This document shows positions 28,315-39,700 of a DNA stretch of 64,000 nucleotides, piece by piece (the first letter of the stretch is position 1; the number at the start of each line of letters is the position of its first letter). The stretch comes from Occultella glacieicola. Lineage in GTDB: Bacteria > Actinomycetota > Actinomycetes > Actinomycetales > Beutenbergiaceae. The notes beneath the pieces were generated by a model that made no database searches, was not told the DNA's origin, and saw nothing but the letters and a program-made list of their open reading frames with translations. The DNA lies in contig NZ_SMNA01000001.1 of NCBI RefSeq assembly GCF_004353825.1, forward strand, positions 186,001-250,000. The letters run 5' to 3'. The translations under genes and the position numbers were made by a program.

Positions 28315-29376
28315 TCAGGCCTGCAGTGCGGCGTCCTCGTCCACCGCGAGCTGGCCCACGGTGCTCTCGCGCACCGCGAGGCGGTGACTGACCACCGACC
28401 GAACCGGGGGCAGGTCCGCGCCGCCCGGTCGCGAGCGGGCGAGAAGCCGGTCCACGCATCGACGAGCGAGCCCCTCCAGGTCCCACGACACGCTGGTCAG
28501 CGGCGGTGCGGTGAACCGGGACTCCTCGTTGTCGTCGAACCCGGCCACGGCGATCTCGGTCGGCACGGCGATCCCGCGTTCGCGAAGGCGCGCGAGTGCG
28601 CCGCTGCCCACCAGGTCGTTGAAGCAGAGGATGGCGTCCGGCGGTTCCGGTAGCGCGAGGAGATGGTCGACGGCGGCCGCGGCCTCGGGCCGACGGGTCC
28701 GGTCCACGGGGGCCAGGTACTCGGAGCGCACCGGCAGTCCCGCCGCATCGAGCGCCTGGCAGAGCCCGCGGTACCGCAGTTCCGAGGCGTTCGCACGCAT
28801 CTGCGGCTGGATGCCGATCGTCGCGATCCGCGTCCGGCCCTGCTCGATCAGGTGCGCGGCCACGGCACGCGCTGCCGCCACCGCGTCGGTGGTGACGTGG
28901 TCCGAGGACGCCGTGGCGCCACCCTCGCCGATCAGGACGAGGTTCTGGTGGGCGAACCGGTCGCTCAGCTCGGCCTGGCTGATGGCATCGGGCTGCAGGA
29001 TCACGCCGTCGACCAGGCGCGCGCCCCCGCCGCTGACGACGGCGCGCTCGAGATCCACGGAGGAGCGGGTCTGCTCGATCAGCACCATCCAGTCGTGCTC
29101 GGCCGCCGCGTCCATGACGTGACTGGCCAGTTGCGCGTAGTACGGATTGTCGAGTCCGGGGATGGCCAGAGCGATGAAGCCGGTCTGCCGGCTCGCGAGC
29201 GCGCGCGCGGAGAGGTTCACTCGGTAGCCGAGGGTCGCCAGGGAGGCCTCGACCTTCGCGCGGGTTTCCGCGCTCACGTGGGGGTGGTTGTGCAGGACGT
29301 TGGAAACCGTCTTCGCCGAGACGCCGGCGTGTGCGGCCACGTCGGAGAGGCGCACCCGGCCGCTGCTACCGGGCAC
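28315..29376 (-). CDS. LacI family transcriptional regulator
   Basis: LSDVAAHAGVSAKTVSNVL HTH, PDAILCFND, VAGFDD, PPLTSV. Confidence 0.93.
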   Translation of the reverse strand: MPGSSGRVRLSDVAAHAGVSAKTVSNVLHNHPHVSAETRAKVEASLATLGYRVNLSARALASRQTGFIALAIPGLDNPYYAQLASHVMDAAAEHDWMVLIEQTRSSVDLERAVVSGGGARLVDGVILQPDAISQAELSDRFAHQNLVLIGEGGATASSDHVTTDAVAAARAVAAHLIEQGRTRIATIGIQPQMRANASELRYRGLCQALDAAGLPVRSEYLAPVDRTRRPEAAAAVDHLLALPEPPDAILCFNDLVGSGALARLRERGIAVPTEIAVAGFDDNEESRFTAPPLTSVSWDLEGLARRCVDRLLARSRPGGADLPPVRSVVSHRLAVRESTVGQLAVDEDAALQA

Positions 29377-29491
29377 GGGAGGCGTCCGAGCCTCGGTTCA
29401 CATACACGGCTCCGATCGTAGAGGCTCCGAGCGGCGGTCGGCTGTGCCAGCGCGTCCGGAGCTGATCGTGGTCCGGGCATCATTCCTGGCG

Positions 29492-29887
29492 CTACCGGAG
29501 GTCCAGGACGGTGAGGCCCACCGCGCTGCTGAGGCGCTCGTAGTCGTCGTTCCGATGCGCGAGGGTTGCGCCGTGGCGGAGCGCGACCGCGGCGATCAGG
29601 CAGTCCTGGAGTGCGCGCGGCTGGTGACCGGCGGCGCGCGCATGCTGGAACACCTCTACGGCGCCCCGGTAGTCGACGGTCGGATCGACCCGTAGCCAAT
29701 GCTGGCTGAGCAGAAGTCGCTCGACCTGCTCAGTCTGTGCCCCCCGACGGGTTCCGGCGAGAACTTCCATCAGCACGGGTTCGGTGGTCGCCAGGTCGCT
29801 ACCGAGGCGATCACGCACGAACGCCGTCGCAGTGGAGGCCGTTCCGCGGAGGAACTCGATCCACACCGACGTGTCGACGAGGATCAC
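29492..29887 (-). CDS. vapC: VapC PIN-domain toxin
   Basis: [35 protein letters not shown] coupling to antitoxin. Confidence 0.88.
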   Translation of the reverse strand: MILVDTSVWIEFLRGTASTATAFVRDRLGSDLATTEPVLMEVLAGTRRGAQTEQVERLLLSQHWLRVDPTVDYRGAVEVFQHARAAGHQPRALQDCLIAAVALRHGATLAHRNDDYERLSSAVGLTVLDLR

Positions 29888-30093
29888 TCGCGCTCCACGC
29901 GGTCGGCGCGCATCGCCGTCAGGTCGCCCTCCCACCCGCTCCCTTCGAGCGCCAGCATCTCCGGACGGGTCATGACCGGCCCTACCAAGCGCCGCAGGGC
30001 GAGGTCGACCGCCTCGCGCTTGGTCCGCACCCGGTAGCGGCGCATGACCTCGGCGACCAGGGCGTCATCGAGCTCGATGTTTGTGCGTGCCAT
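29884..30093 (-). CDS. vapB: VapB antitoxin
   Basis: [29 protein letters not shown] -10 six nt before ATG; CATACAC repeated at 30091 and 30102. Confidence 0.88.
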   Translation of the reverse strand: MARTNIELDDALVAEVMRRYRVRTKREAVDLALRRLVGPVMTRPEMLALEGSGWEGDLTAMRADRVERE

Positions 30094-30127
30094 ACACCAA
30101 TCATACACTTCGATGGGTCGCGGTGTC

Positions 30128-30892
30128 TCAGCCGATCCGACGTCGGTAGATGGACATCGCGACGGCGTAGGCGACCGCCAGAACGCCGACCAGCCAGGCG
30201 AGGGCGACCCAGATATCTCCGCCGACCGGTTCCGCCGCGAACAGCGCTCGGATCGTGTCGACGATGGAGGTCACCGGCTGGTTCTCCGCGAACCACGCGA
30301 CCGGGCCAGGCATCGAGTCGGTCGGGACGAACGCCGAACTGATGAACGGCAGGAAGATCAGCGGGTAACTGAACGCGCTGGCGCCGTCGACGGTCTTCGC
30401 GGAGAGGCCGGCGATCACCGCGAGCCAGGTCAGCGCGAGGGTGAACAGGACCAGGATCCCGGCGACGGCCAGCCAGGCGCCCACGGATGCCTCCGTGCGG
30501 AACCCCATCACCAGGGCCACGCCGACGACGATCGTGACCGAGACCAGGTTCGCGACCAGGGACGTGAGCACGTGCGCCCAGAGCACGCTCGACCTGGCGA
30601 TCGGCATGGATTGGAAGCGCTCGAAGATTCCGCCCTTGAGGTCGAGGAACAGCCGGTAGGCGGTGTAGGCGACGCCGGACGCGATCGTGATGAGCAGGAT
30701 GCCGGGGAGCAGGTAGTCGATATAGGACCCGTCGGATCCGGTGGTGATCGCACCGCCGAGCACGTACACGAACAGCAGCATCAGCGCGATGGGTGTGACC
30801 GCCGTGGTGACGATCGTGTCGGGGCTACGGAGGATGTGCCGCAGCGAGCGGCCGGTCAGGACGCCGGTATCGCCAACGGCGTGGGCGGTCAT
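30128..30892 (-). CDS. ABC-2 type exporter permease
   Basis: [32 protein letters not shown]. Confidence 0.9.
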   Translation of the reverse strand: MTAHAVGDTGVLTGRSLRHILRSPDTIVTTAVTPIALMLLFVYVLGGAITTGSDGSYIDYLLPGILLITIASGVAYTAYRLFLDLKGGIFERFQSMPIARSSVLWAHVLTSLVANLVSVTIVVGVALVMGFRTEASVGAWLAVAGILVLFTLALTWLAVIAGLSAKTVDGASAFSYPLIFLPFISSAFVPTDSMPGPVAWFAENQPVTSIVDTIRALFAAEPVGGDIWVALAWLVGVLAVAYAVAMSIYRRRIG

Positions 30893-31716
30893 CGGGACCC
30901 CTTCTGAGTGGTCGCGCTCCGGTCGGAGCTATCGGCGGTGTCGGTCTCGCTCGGCTCACCGACGAGGGCGAGGAACACGTCCTCGAGGGAGGGCTGCTTC
31001 TCGACGTAGGTGACCTCGACGGCCGGGAGCAGCCGCTTGAGCTCGTCGAGCGTGCCGCTGCTGATGATGGTGCCCCGGTGCAGGATGGCGATCCGGTCGG
31101 CGAGCTGCTCGGCCTCGTCGAGGTACTGGGTCGTGAGCAGGACCGTGGTGCCACCGTCGGCCAACTTCTTGACGGTCTGCCATACCTCGATGCGCGCCTG
31201 GGGGTCCAGCCCGGTGGTCGGCTCGTCGAGGAAGATCACCGGAGGGTCGCCGATCAGGCTCATCGCGATGTCGAGCCGACGGCGCATGCCGCCCGAGTAG
31301 GTCGCGGCCCGGCGACCGCCGGCGTCGGTGAGTGAGAAGCGGGCGAGCAGGTCGTCGGCGATCGCCCCCGGGTTGCGCAGGTGCCGCAACCTCGCGATCA
31401 GGACCAGGTTCTCCCGTCCGGTGAGCACCTCGTCGACCGCCGCGAACTGGCCGGTCAGGCTGATCGATTCGCGGACCCGCCCGGGATTCGCCCCCATATC
31501 GATGCCGTTCACCGTCGCGGTGCCCGCGTCGGGTCTCGACAGCGTCGAGAGGATACGGACCAGGGTGGTCTTGCCCGCGCCGTTCGAGCCGAGCAGCGCC
31601 ACGATGCTGCCCGCCTCCACGTCGAGGTCGACGCCCCGCAGCACGGGCAGGTCCTGGAAGGACTTCTCGATGCCCCGCACCCGGATGGCGGGCTCGCGGG
31701 TCGCCTGAGCGGTCAT
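30889..31716 (-). CDS. ABC exporter ATP-binding protein (DrrA-like)
   Basis: GSNGAGKTT, YSGGMRRR, FLDEPTTGLDP; ATGA coupling. Confidence 0.92.
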   Translation of the reverse strand: MTAQATREPAIRVRGIEKSFQDLPVLRGVDLDVEAGSIVALLGSNGAGKTTLVRILSTLSRPDAGTATVNGIDMGANPGRVRESISLTGQFAAVDEVLTGRENLVLIARLRHLRNPGAIADDLLARFSLTDAGGRRAATYSGGMRRRLDIAMSLIGDPPVIFLDEPTTGLDPQARIEVWQTVKKLADGGTTVLLTTQYLDEAEQLADRIAILHRGTIISSGTLDELKRLLPAVEVTYVEKQPSLEDVFLALVGEPSETDTADSSDRSATTQKGSR

Positions 31717-32090
31717 GTGTCGGCCTCCGGTCCACCGCCAGCGACGGCGTCGATCGCCTTGGTCAGGCGGGTGCGCTCCTTGTCGATCCACTGCGTGGCC
31801 GTATAGGCGCGGGCGAAGTCCTCGGCGAAACCGACCGGGTCATCGCCGACGATGGTCCGCACCGACGTGCCGTCGACGGCGGCCCGTTCCCAGAGGTCGG
31901 CGAAATCGCCGAACATCGTGACGATCGTTTCGCCGTCGGTGATGCCTCCGTAGACCATGAAGTACCGCTCGAACGCCTTCGCGGCGCTGCGGTAGGGCTC
32001 CGGGAGGCCCTCGATGCGCGCCTTGTACTGTCGGTACTGCTTCTTCTGCTCGAGCGATCCCGTGAGGGTCTCGATCCATTTCGCGACCAT
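31713..32090 (-). CDS. DUF1048 family protein
   Basis: KKQYRQYKARIEGLPEPY, IVGDDPVGFAE; lies between padR and ABC genes. Confidence 0.8.
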   Translation of the reverse strand: MVAKWIETLTGSLEQKKQYRQYKARIEGLPEPYRSAAKAFERYFMVYGGITDGETIVTMFGDFADLWERAAVDGTSVRTIVGDDPVGFAEDFARAYTATQWIDKERTRLTKAIDAVAGGGPEADT

Positions 32091-32092
32091 GA

Positions 32093-32443
32093 TCAGTCTC
32101 CTTCTGCGGGTGGGTGCTGGATGTGGTGGTGGAGCTGTTCGATCCGTTCGGCGAGGAAGCTCCACGTGCCCCAGAACTCCTCCAGGTCCTCTCGGCCCGT
32201 AGCGTTCAGGGAGTAGACCTTGCGCGGTGGTCCCTTCTCCGACGGGACCTTCACGACGTCGACGATCCCGCGCTGCTCGATCCGGACCAGGAGCGCGTAG
32301 ATGGTGCCCTCGGCGATGTCGGCGAAGCCCTGCTCGCGCAACCGTGCCGTGATCTCGTAGCCGTAGGCCGGCCGCACGGCCAGGATCCCGAGGACGATCC
32401 CCTCGAGCGTGCCCTTGAGCATCTCGGTCATCTGTCGACCCAT
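32093..32443 (-). CDS. PadR family regulator
   Basis: EMLKGTLEG, YGYEI, EGTIYALL, GPPRKVYSL. Confidence 0.92.
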   Translation of the reverse strand: MGRQMTEMLKGTLEGIVLGILAVRPAYGYEITARLREQGFADIAEGTIYALLVRIEQRGIVDVVKVPSEKGPPRKVYSLNATGREDLEEFWGTWSFLAERIEQLHHHIQHPPAEGD

Positions 32444-32456
32444 CTGGATTCCTTTG

Positions 32457-32526
32457 CTACTAAGTGTTGGTGACTACTGGTAGATAGTAGCGCTGAGTAC
32501 TGCTAGGTGGCAACACTGAGTACCGC
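32457..32526. repeat. Three imperfect direct repeats, 23-nt period, upstream of padR (putative operator array)
   Basis: TGACTAC 32471, TGAGTAC 32494, TGAGTAC 32517 in an AT-rich tract. Confidence 0.65.
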
Positions 32527-32575
32527 GTTGTCGCCGAGCTCTACGGCGCGGTGCGCAGGTGAGCAGATCGCTCGC

Positions 32576-32592
32576 TCACCCACGGGGGGTGA
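32576..32592. promoter_or_regulatory. Palindromic box TCACC-N7-GGTGA upstream of DUF389 gene
   Basis: TCACCCACGGGGGGTGA; TACCGT -10 candidate at 32616-32621 (23 nt gap). Confidence 0.65.
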
Positions 32593-32698
32593 TGCCCGAC
32601 CTCGGTCGGATTCCTTACCGTGAAACGCGCGACGGCTCTCTGTCGAGGTCGTTGCAGCGAGCGGGCGGCCCGTCCGCCGCGAGCGCGAGGAGCCACCG

Positions 32699-33739
32699 AT
32701 GAGCACACCGGCCGTCGACACGACCGCGCCGCACCCGCGCCGGCTCGTCGACGCCCTGGTGCCGCCGACCCAGCGCCGCGACTGGACCGTGGTCGCCGAC
32801 AAGCTCGACCTGGACAGCGGTGACACGAGGGCGAAGCGGTCCGCGTTCTGGGTGATGCTCGTGCTCGCCGGCGTCATCGCCGTGTCCGGCGTGGTGACCG
32901 ATTCCACGGCCACCGTGATCGGCGCGATGATCATCGCGCCGCTGTCCACCCCGATCCTCGGGATCGGTCTCGGCATCGTCACCGGTGAGCGCTCGGCGAT
33001 CCTGCGATCGGTGGCGTACGTCCTCGGTGGCGTGGCCCTCGTGGTCGTGCTCGGTCTGCTCGTCACGCTCGTCCTGCCTGCCACGACCGGGGTCGCCGAC
33101 AACTCGCAGGTCACCGGGCGGACGGCGCCCGGCGTCGGCGACCTCGTCGCCGCGTTCGCCACCGGGTTCGCGGGCGCCATCGCGCTGACCCGGCGGGACC
33201 TCGGGGACATCCTCCCGGGCATCGCGATCGCGATCTCGCTGGTCCCGCCGCTCGGGGTCGTCGGCGTCTGCCTCGGCGTGGGCCAGCCCGCCCTCGCCGC
33301 GGGCGCGCTCCTGCTCTTCGCGTCCAACGCGGTCGCGCTCGTGGTCGCGGCCACCGTGGTCTTCTCGGCCGTCGGGTACGGCGCGCAGGCGCGCGCGGCG
33401 CGGCGCGCGGCCGAGGCCCGACGGCGGCACGCGACGACGCTTGTGGCTCTCGTCGCGGTGTTGGCCGTCGCGATCCCGATGATCGCGAACTCGGTCCAGG
33501 CCGTGCTCGCCGACCTCTGGCTGCGCCAGGCCAGTGCCGCGGCGCAGGAGTGGGTCCGGGGTGTCGACGAGGCCGTCATCGAGGACGTCTCCTGGCTCGG
33601 TCAGGACCTGGTGGTCGAGGTGCGCAGCCCTGGTGACCTGCCGGACGCCGCGCCGTTACAGGAGCAGGTCGATAGTCTCGTGCCTTGGGAGCCCCGGGTC
33701 ATCGTCGTCCATACCGTGGGGGAGAGGGTCGAATCATGA
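32699..33739 (+). CDS. DUF389 family membrane protein
   Basis: DSTATVIGAMIIAPL, GRTAPG..DL, LPGIAIAISLVPPL; multiple TMs. Confidence 0.85.
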   Translation: MSTPAVDTTAPHPRRLVDALVPPTQRRDWTVVADKLDLDSGDTRAKRSAFWVMLVLAGVIAVSGVVTDSTATVIGAMIIAPLSTPILGIGLGIVTGERSAILRSVAYVLGGVALVVVLGLLVTLVLPATTGVADNSQVTGRTAPGVGDLVAAFATGFAGAIALTRRDLGDILPGIAIAISLVPPLGVVGVCLGVGQPALAAGALLLFASNAVALVVAATVVFSAVGYGAQARAARRAAEARRRHATTLVALVAVLAVAIPMIANSVQAVLADLWLRQASAAAQEWVRGVDEAVIEDVSWLGQDLVVEVRSPGDLPDAAPLQEQVDSLVPWEPRVIVVHTVGERVES

Positions 33740-36700
33740 TCGATCGATCGGGCAGAACGACCAGTCGGACCAGTGCGAGCAGACCGGGCGCCGACCGGCG
33801 CCGACGCCGCCTGCGGTTGACCTGGGCCGGCCTGGTCGCGGCCCTCCTCGTGGTGCCGTTCACCCTCGTGCCCGCGCTGCCGGCCTTCGCGGCCACCTGG
33901 GGCATCCAGAAGGTCGAAGCGAGCACGGGACCGTATGAGCCGGGTGATCAGGTGCTGTGGTTCGTCACGGTGTCCTGTTCGGACCCGAACGCCGACCCCT
34001 GCGTGCCGACGACCCTGACCGATCCGCTGCCCGACGGCCTGGAACTCGTCAGCGCCTCGATCCAGAGCCAGGCCGGTGCGACCGGCGGCGAACTCGTCGC
34101 CGACACCGACGCCGACACGGTGACCTACACGGCGGACAGCGTCGCGAACGGGGGTCAGGTCCAGATCCTCATCACCGCGCAGGTGGACCCGGACCTGCCC
34201 TACAGCGCGGACGGCGTCCCGATCACGAACACCGCCACCGTGGTCTCCGACAACGCGACCGAGCAATCGGCGTCGGACGACATCGTGCCGGTGGTGCCCC
34301 TGGTCCTCGACTCCGAGACCACCAAGTCCATCGAGCCCGAGGGTGCGCTCGCCGCTCCCGGCACGGCCGCGACCATGACGCTGGGCGCGACGAACACCTC
34401 CAACGACCCGGTTGACACGCTCGTCGTCCAGGACCCGGTGGACCCGACCGCGGACCCGAACCCGTTCACCCTCTTGGAGTACACCGGCACCGGCGACATC
34501 ACGATGCCACCGAACGCCGACACCGTGACCGAGGAGTACTGGGACGGCACGCAGTGGCTGCCGCTCGACGACACCGTCGACCCCGCGGACGTCCAGGGCG
34601 TGCGGTACACGTTCAGCGGCGACATCCAGCCCGGCGCGACCGCGACGATCCCGGTGCAGGTGCAGCAGAGCGACGCCGTCGAGGACCTCACCGAGGTCAC
34701 CACCGTCACCAACGACACCTCGTCCTACGTCACCCACGGTACGGACGAGTCGACGCCGACGACGGCGTCCGACACCTACGTGATCACCCCACCGAACAAC
34801 TCCGTCGAGGCCTCCAAGAGTTTCGACCCGGCCACCGTCAGCGCCGGTGACCCGACGACCGTGACCCTGGGCGCGACGAACACCGGGACGGCCGTCACCT
34901 CGATGACGATCAGCGAACCCGCGCCCGGGACCGACAGCCCGTTCGAGGGAGCCGACCCGCTGACGTTCACCGGGTTCGGCCCCGACGGCGACGGGACCGG
35001 CGTCACCTGGCCGACCGGTGCGACGGCGGCGACCGTCACCTTCACCTGTGCGGACGGGGCGATGCCGAGCCAGGAGACCACCACCGTCAATACGCTGCCG
35101 AACCCGCCGCCCGACTGTGTCGTCGTCGGGTTCACCGTCGAGTTCACCGGCGACATCGTGAGCGGCGCGGCGGCCACGATCCCGTTCACCGCCGACACCG
35201 ACCCGGACCAGGACCCCGACGACGTCACCCACCCCAACACGATCGCGGCCGAGGTTCCGAATGCCGACGCGGCGGCCTCGGCCGACCTGGTCACCCTGAT
35301 CGACCGGCTGGCGACCGACACCACCAAGGTGATCTCGCCGTCGACCATCCCGGCGGTTCCCGGCCAGAGCGTCATCGTGCAACTGCCCACCCAGCTCCTG
35401 CCGTTCGGGCCTGACGGGTCGACCACGAATGCCGACCAGATCGTGATCTCCGACCCCGCCGACCCGAGCAACCCGACCGACTTCTGGGACCACTTCGTCG
35501 CCACCGAGGTGCGCAGCACCGACGTCCCGGCCGGCTCCACCCTGACGATCAACTACTGGGACGGGACCGCATGGGTCCCGGCCACCGACTGCGGCCCGTA
35601 CACCGGCCCGATGACCGTCAGCTGCGACCTGCCCGCGGACGCCCAGGGCGTGCAGTTCGTGTACGACTCGACCGGTGACGGGTTCCCGCCGGGCACCCAG
35701 TTCCAGCCGAACTTCGTCGCCGAGTTCACCGGCCCGGCCACCCAGGACGACCCGCTGACCAACTGTGGCGCGTCGAGCGCCTCCTCGGACACGGTCGAGG
35801 AGACGGAACCGGCCGTGGGCTGCGCCGAGGTCGACCCGTTCCCCGTCGACGGTGACGGCACCGGCCTCGACTTCATGGACAAGACGTTCCTCGGCGACCC
35901 GCCCGTGTCGGTGCTGGCGCGGTCGGACGACCAGGTGACCGCACAGCTCACCTGGTCCACGAGCGGCTTCTCCGGCGTCGACCCGATGGTCATCTCCGAC
36001 ATCGCCGACCCGGAGGACACCCCGATCGAGGAGTCCTTCTACGACGCGTTCGACCTGGTCCGCGTGGAGCCCATCGACACCTCCGTCGACCCGCTCATCG
36101 GATACGACCGGATCACCGGCGTCGAGCTGTTCATCGACGGCGCCTGGGTGCCCGCCCTCGGCGACCCGTGCCCGTGTGACGGCTCCTTCCCCGGCTACAC
36201 CCTCGACCCCGACCTGGAGCAGCCGAACGCCACGGCCGTGCGCCTGACCTACTCGGAGTCCGAGAACCGGGGCACCGACGACCCGCTCGCTCCGCAACCG
36301 GGTGACGGCGTGGCCCGGTCCACCCAGGCCGACGGGCGGCACCTGAACCTCACCTTCGAGGTCCGCGACTACCGCCGCGGAGCGCCGACCGAACCCGTCC
36401 TCGGGTCCACGAACGGCACCATCTACAACACGGACGACCCCGGTCTGGTCAACAACACCGCCCGTGCCACCGGGACGTTCGAGGGCGTCGACTACACCGA
36501 CGTCGACGACGACAACGTGCTGATCATCGACCAGCCCCTGAACGTCACCGTGGCCAAGGACTGGACCGGCGGGCCGATCTCGGTGCCGCCGCCGGACACC
36601 CCGGCCGACGCGTACCCGTCCACGACCGTCACGATCACCGGGACGAACGCCTCCGCGGCCAAGGTCGACCAGTTGCGTCTCGTGGAGCCGGGTGTACCGG

Positions 36701-39700
36701 ACTCAGGTGACGTCCAGACGGGTGAGGGCACCTCGCCCTTCGACGTGTTCAATCTCACCGGCATCACCCTGACTCCGCCCGAGGGTGCGACGTCCACGAC
36801 CGTGACGCTCACCTCCATCGGTGGCACGACGGAACAGTTCGACGAGGCGGCAGCGGAGGCGCTCACCGCGGCGGATCTGGTGGACGTGGTCGGCGTCGAG
36901 GTCGCCTACGAGGGGCTCGTGATGCCCGGGGCGACGGGAAGCATGGACCTGATCCTGCAACTGCGGGTGGCGGACCGCTACACGACCGATCCGATCTACG
37001 GCGACGGCGGCACGATCGATGTCGACACCAACCCGGTTCCCAACGGCGCCGTCGCGACAATCGACGACCCAGGCGGCATCCCGGGCGAAGACGTCCGGCT
37101 GGCCTGGGACGACGCCGAGATGCCGCTGCAGGTCGCCGGCATCGACATCGTGGTCGGTAAGTCGTTCGAACCGGCCCAAATCGTCGAGCCGAGCACCGGC
37201 CCGGTGACGATGACGCTCACCGGCCAACCGGTCGGACCCTCGCGCGCCGTCGAGATGGTGATCGAGGACAGCGACCCGCAGTTCTGGAACTCCTACGACT
37301 TCGTCGGCTTCGACGGCGCCACGCTGACGGCGCCCATCCAGCAGGTGCTGGTGGAGGCCTACACCGGCGGCACGTTCGTCGCGGGACCCGGCGGGGTGTC
37401 GGTCGTCGGAGGTGCGTGGGAGGGCGCGGACGGCGAGCCGTCCGCGACGTTCGCGCTGCCGGACGGCGTAGCGCCGGAGGACGTCCAGGGCCTGCGGTTC
37501 ACGTTCACCCGCACGGACGGGTCGATCTGGGAGAACCCTGCCACCCCGGTGCAGGCGATCCCGATCTCGGTCGAGCGCCGCGAGGAGATGCGGACCGGCG
37601 GCCCGGTCCTGACCGACCTCGAGGGGAATCCGCCCGCGCCCGGTGAGACCGCGCCCGGCGTGACCAGCAACACGGTGCAGGGCACGGTCACCGGCGCGGA
37701 CCTTGTGGTCGACCCCGACACCGGTGACCTGGTCCCGGTCTCGGCCGCCGACGAGGCACCGGCCCAGATCGTGTACGTGCATGCGACGAACGGCGTCGAG
37801 ATCGTCAAGGACTTCGACGGCGTGGTCACCGGTGGCACCCAACCGCCGGCCGCGGTGTTCCCGATGAACATCACGGTCACGAACACCGGCAACCGGCCGA
37901 TCTTCGACCTGGTGGTCACCGACCCGATGCCGACCGACGCCGCGGGCGGTCAGTTGGTGCTCGCGGACGTCCCCGAGCCGTTCTCCTACGAGCTCGCCGG
38001 TGACCCGCCGGATCCGGCGAACGGCGACCCGTTGCCGACCGACGCCGACGAGGTGACGGTCGTGCAGGTCGGCGACATCGAGTCGCTCACGTTCTCCTTC
38101 CCCACGGGCACGGTGCTCGAGGTGGGCCAGTCCTACGTCATCACAGTCCAGGTCCAGTTCCGTCTAGGCCTCGAAGCGGGTGCCCTGGTGCAGAACACCG
38201 CGGGGGTCACCGCCGACCGTCCCTGGGACGAGTGTGTGACCCGCCTGAACCCGGACACCGGCGCCTGTGAGGCCGACTCGGACGTGACCACGGTGCCGTC
38301 CGCGGTGTTGGCCCAGTCGAAGTACGTGCGGGCCACCGACGGCGACGAGCTCGACGTCATGATCGACCCGGCTGCTCCGAACCAGGACGTCGAGTGCGTA
38401 CCGGACGCCAACGGCTTCTACGCCTACCCGTGCACGCCGGTCATCATCCCGGGGCACGACGAGACATGGCGGATCCACGTCGACAATGTCGGTAACCTGC
38501 CGATGAACCAATTGGTCCTCTACGACCGGCTGCCGACACCGGGCGATACGGGTTCGTTCGCGGACTCCCCGCGCGGGTCGGAGTGGGAGCCGCTGACCTC
38601 CGTCGCCTCGGTGCCGCAGCTCGTCGACGCCCCGGAGGGCGCGGAGGCGACGCACTACTACTCGACGGTCGACGACTACTGCATGGACGACCTCACCGAT
38701 CCGATCAACCAGCCGTGCCCGACCGACGACCCGACGACCGGGTGGGTGCAGCTGACGGCGGACACGGATCCGGCGGATCTGGCGGCCGTGACGGCGCTGA
38801 AGACGGTGGTCACGTTCGCCGAGGAGGCGTTGTTCGAGCCGGGGGAGTTCATCGAGCTGGACGCCACGACGACCACCCCGCCACAGGTCCCCGACGCGGG
38901 CGACCGTTCGATCGCCTGGAACTCCGCGGCGGTGTCCGGGGTCGTCGTCAACAACGGCACCGAGTTCCCGCTGCTGCCGACCGAAGGCACCAAGGTTGGC
39001 GTCGCGACGGCGTCCGGATCCCTCGCCGTGGCCAAGCTCGTCGTCGGTCCCGCCGCGGATCAGGCACCCGAGACCTTCCTGCTGTTCGTCCAGTGCACCT
39101 CCGCCGTCGGGACCCCGGTGGAGACGGTTCTGGACCCGATCCCCATCAGCGTGACGCCTCCGGCCCCGACCGTCGTTCCCGACCTGCCCTACGGCGCGGA
39201 GTGCACGATCACCGAGGACGGCAGCAACGGCGAGACCGAACTGATCGTCGGCACCGTGACGATCGAGAGCGAGGACCCGGCCCAACCGACCACGATCACG
39301 GCCGTGAACCGGTACGAGGTCGCCGGCATCGACATCTCGAAGGACGTCGTCACCGACGCGGTGGACGACGAGGGCCAGCCCGTTCCGTTCGGGCCGTTCG
39401 AGGTCACCGTCGAGTGCACGTTCCTCGGTGAACCCGTCTACGCGGAGGGCTACGGCCCGCTCAACCCGATGGTGGTGACGATCGAGGACGGCGAGACCGT
39501 GCACCTGGACGGGTTCCCGGTCGGATCGGTCTGCACCGTGACCGAGACCGGGACCGGCAACGCCGGCGCGGTCACGATCACGGTGACACAGGGTGACGCC
39601 GAGCCAGTCACGACCGACGGCCCTTCGACTGCGGTCACGTTGGTGACCGACGCCGACGACGGCACCACCGGGAACACGATCGAGTTGACCAACGTCTACG

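Noticed and set aside
32457..32526. Mini CRISPR array
   Set aside because: Only a 7-nt core repeats, the 23-nt period is too short, and no cas genes are present
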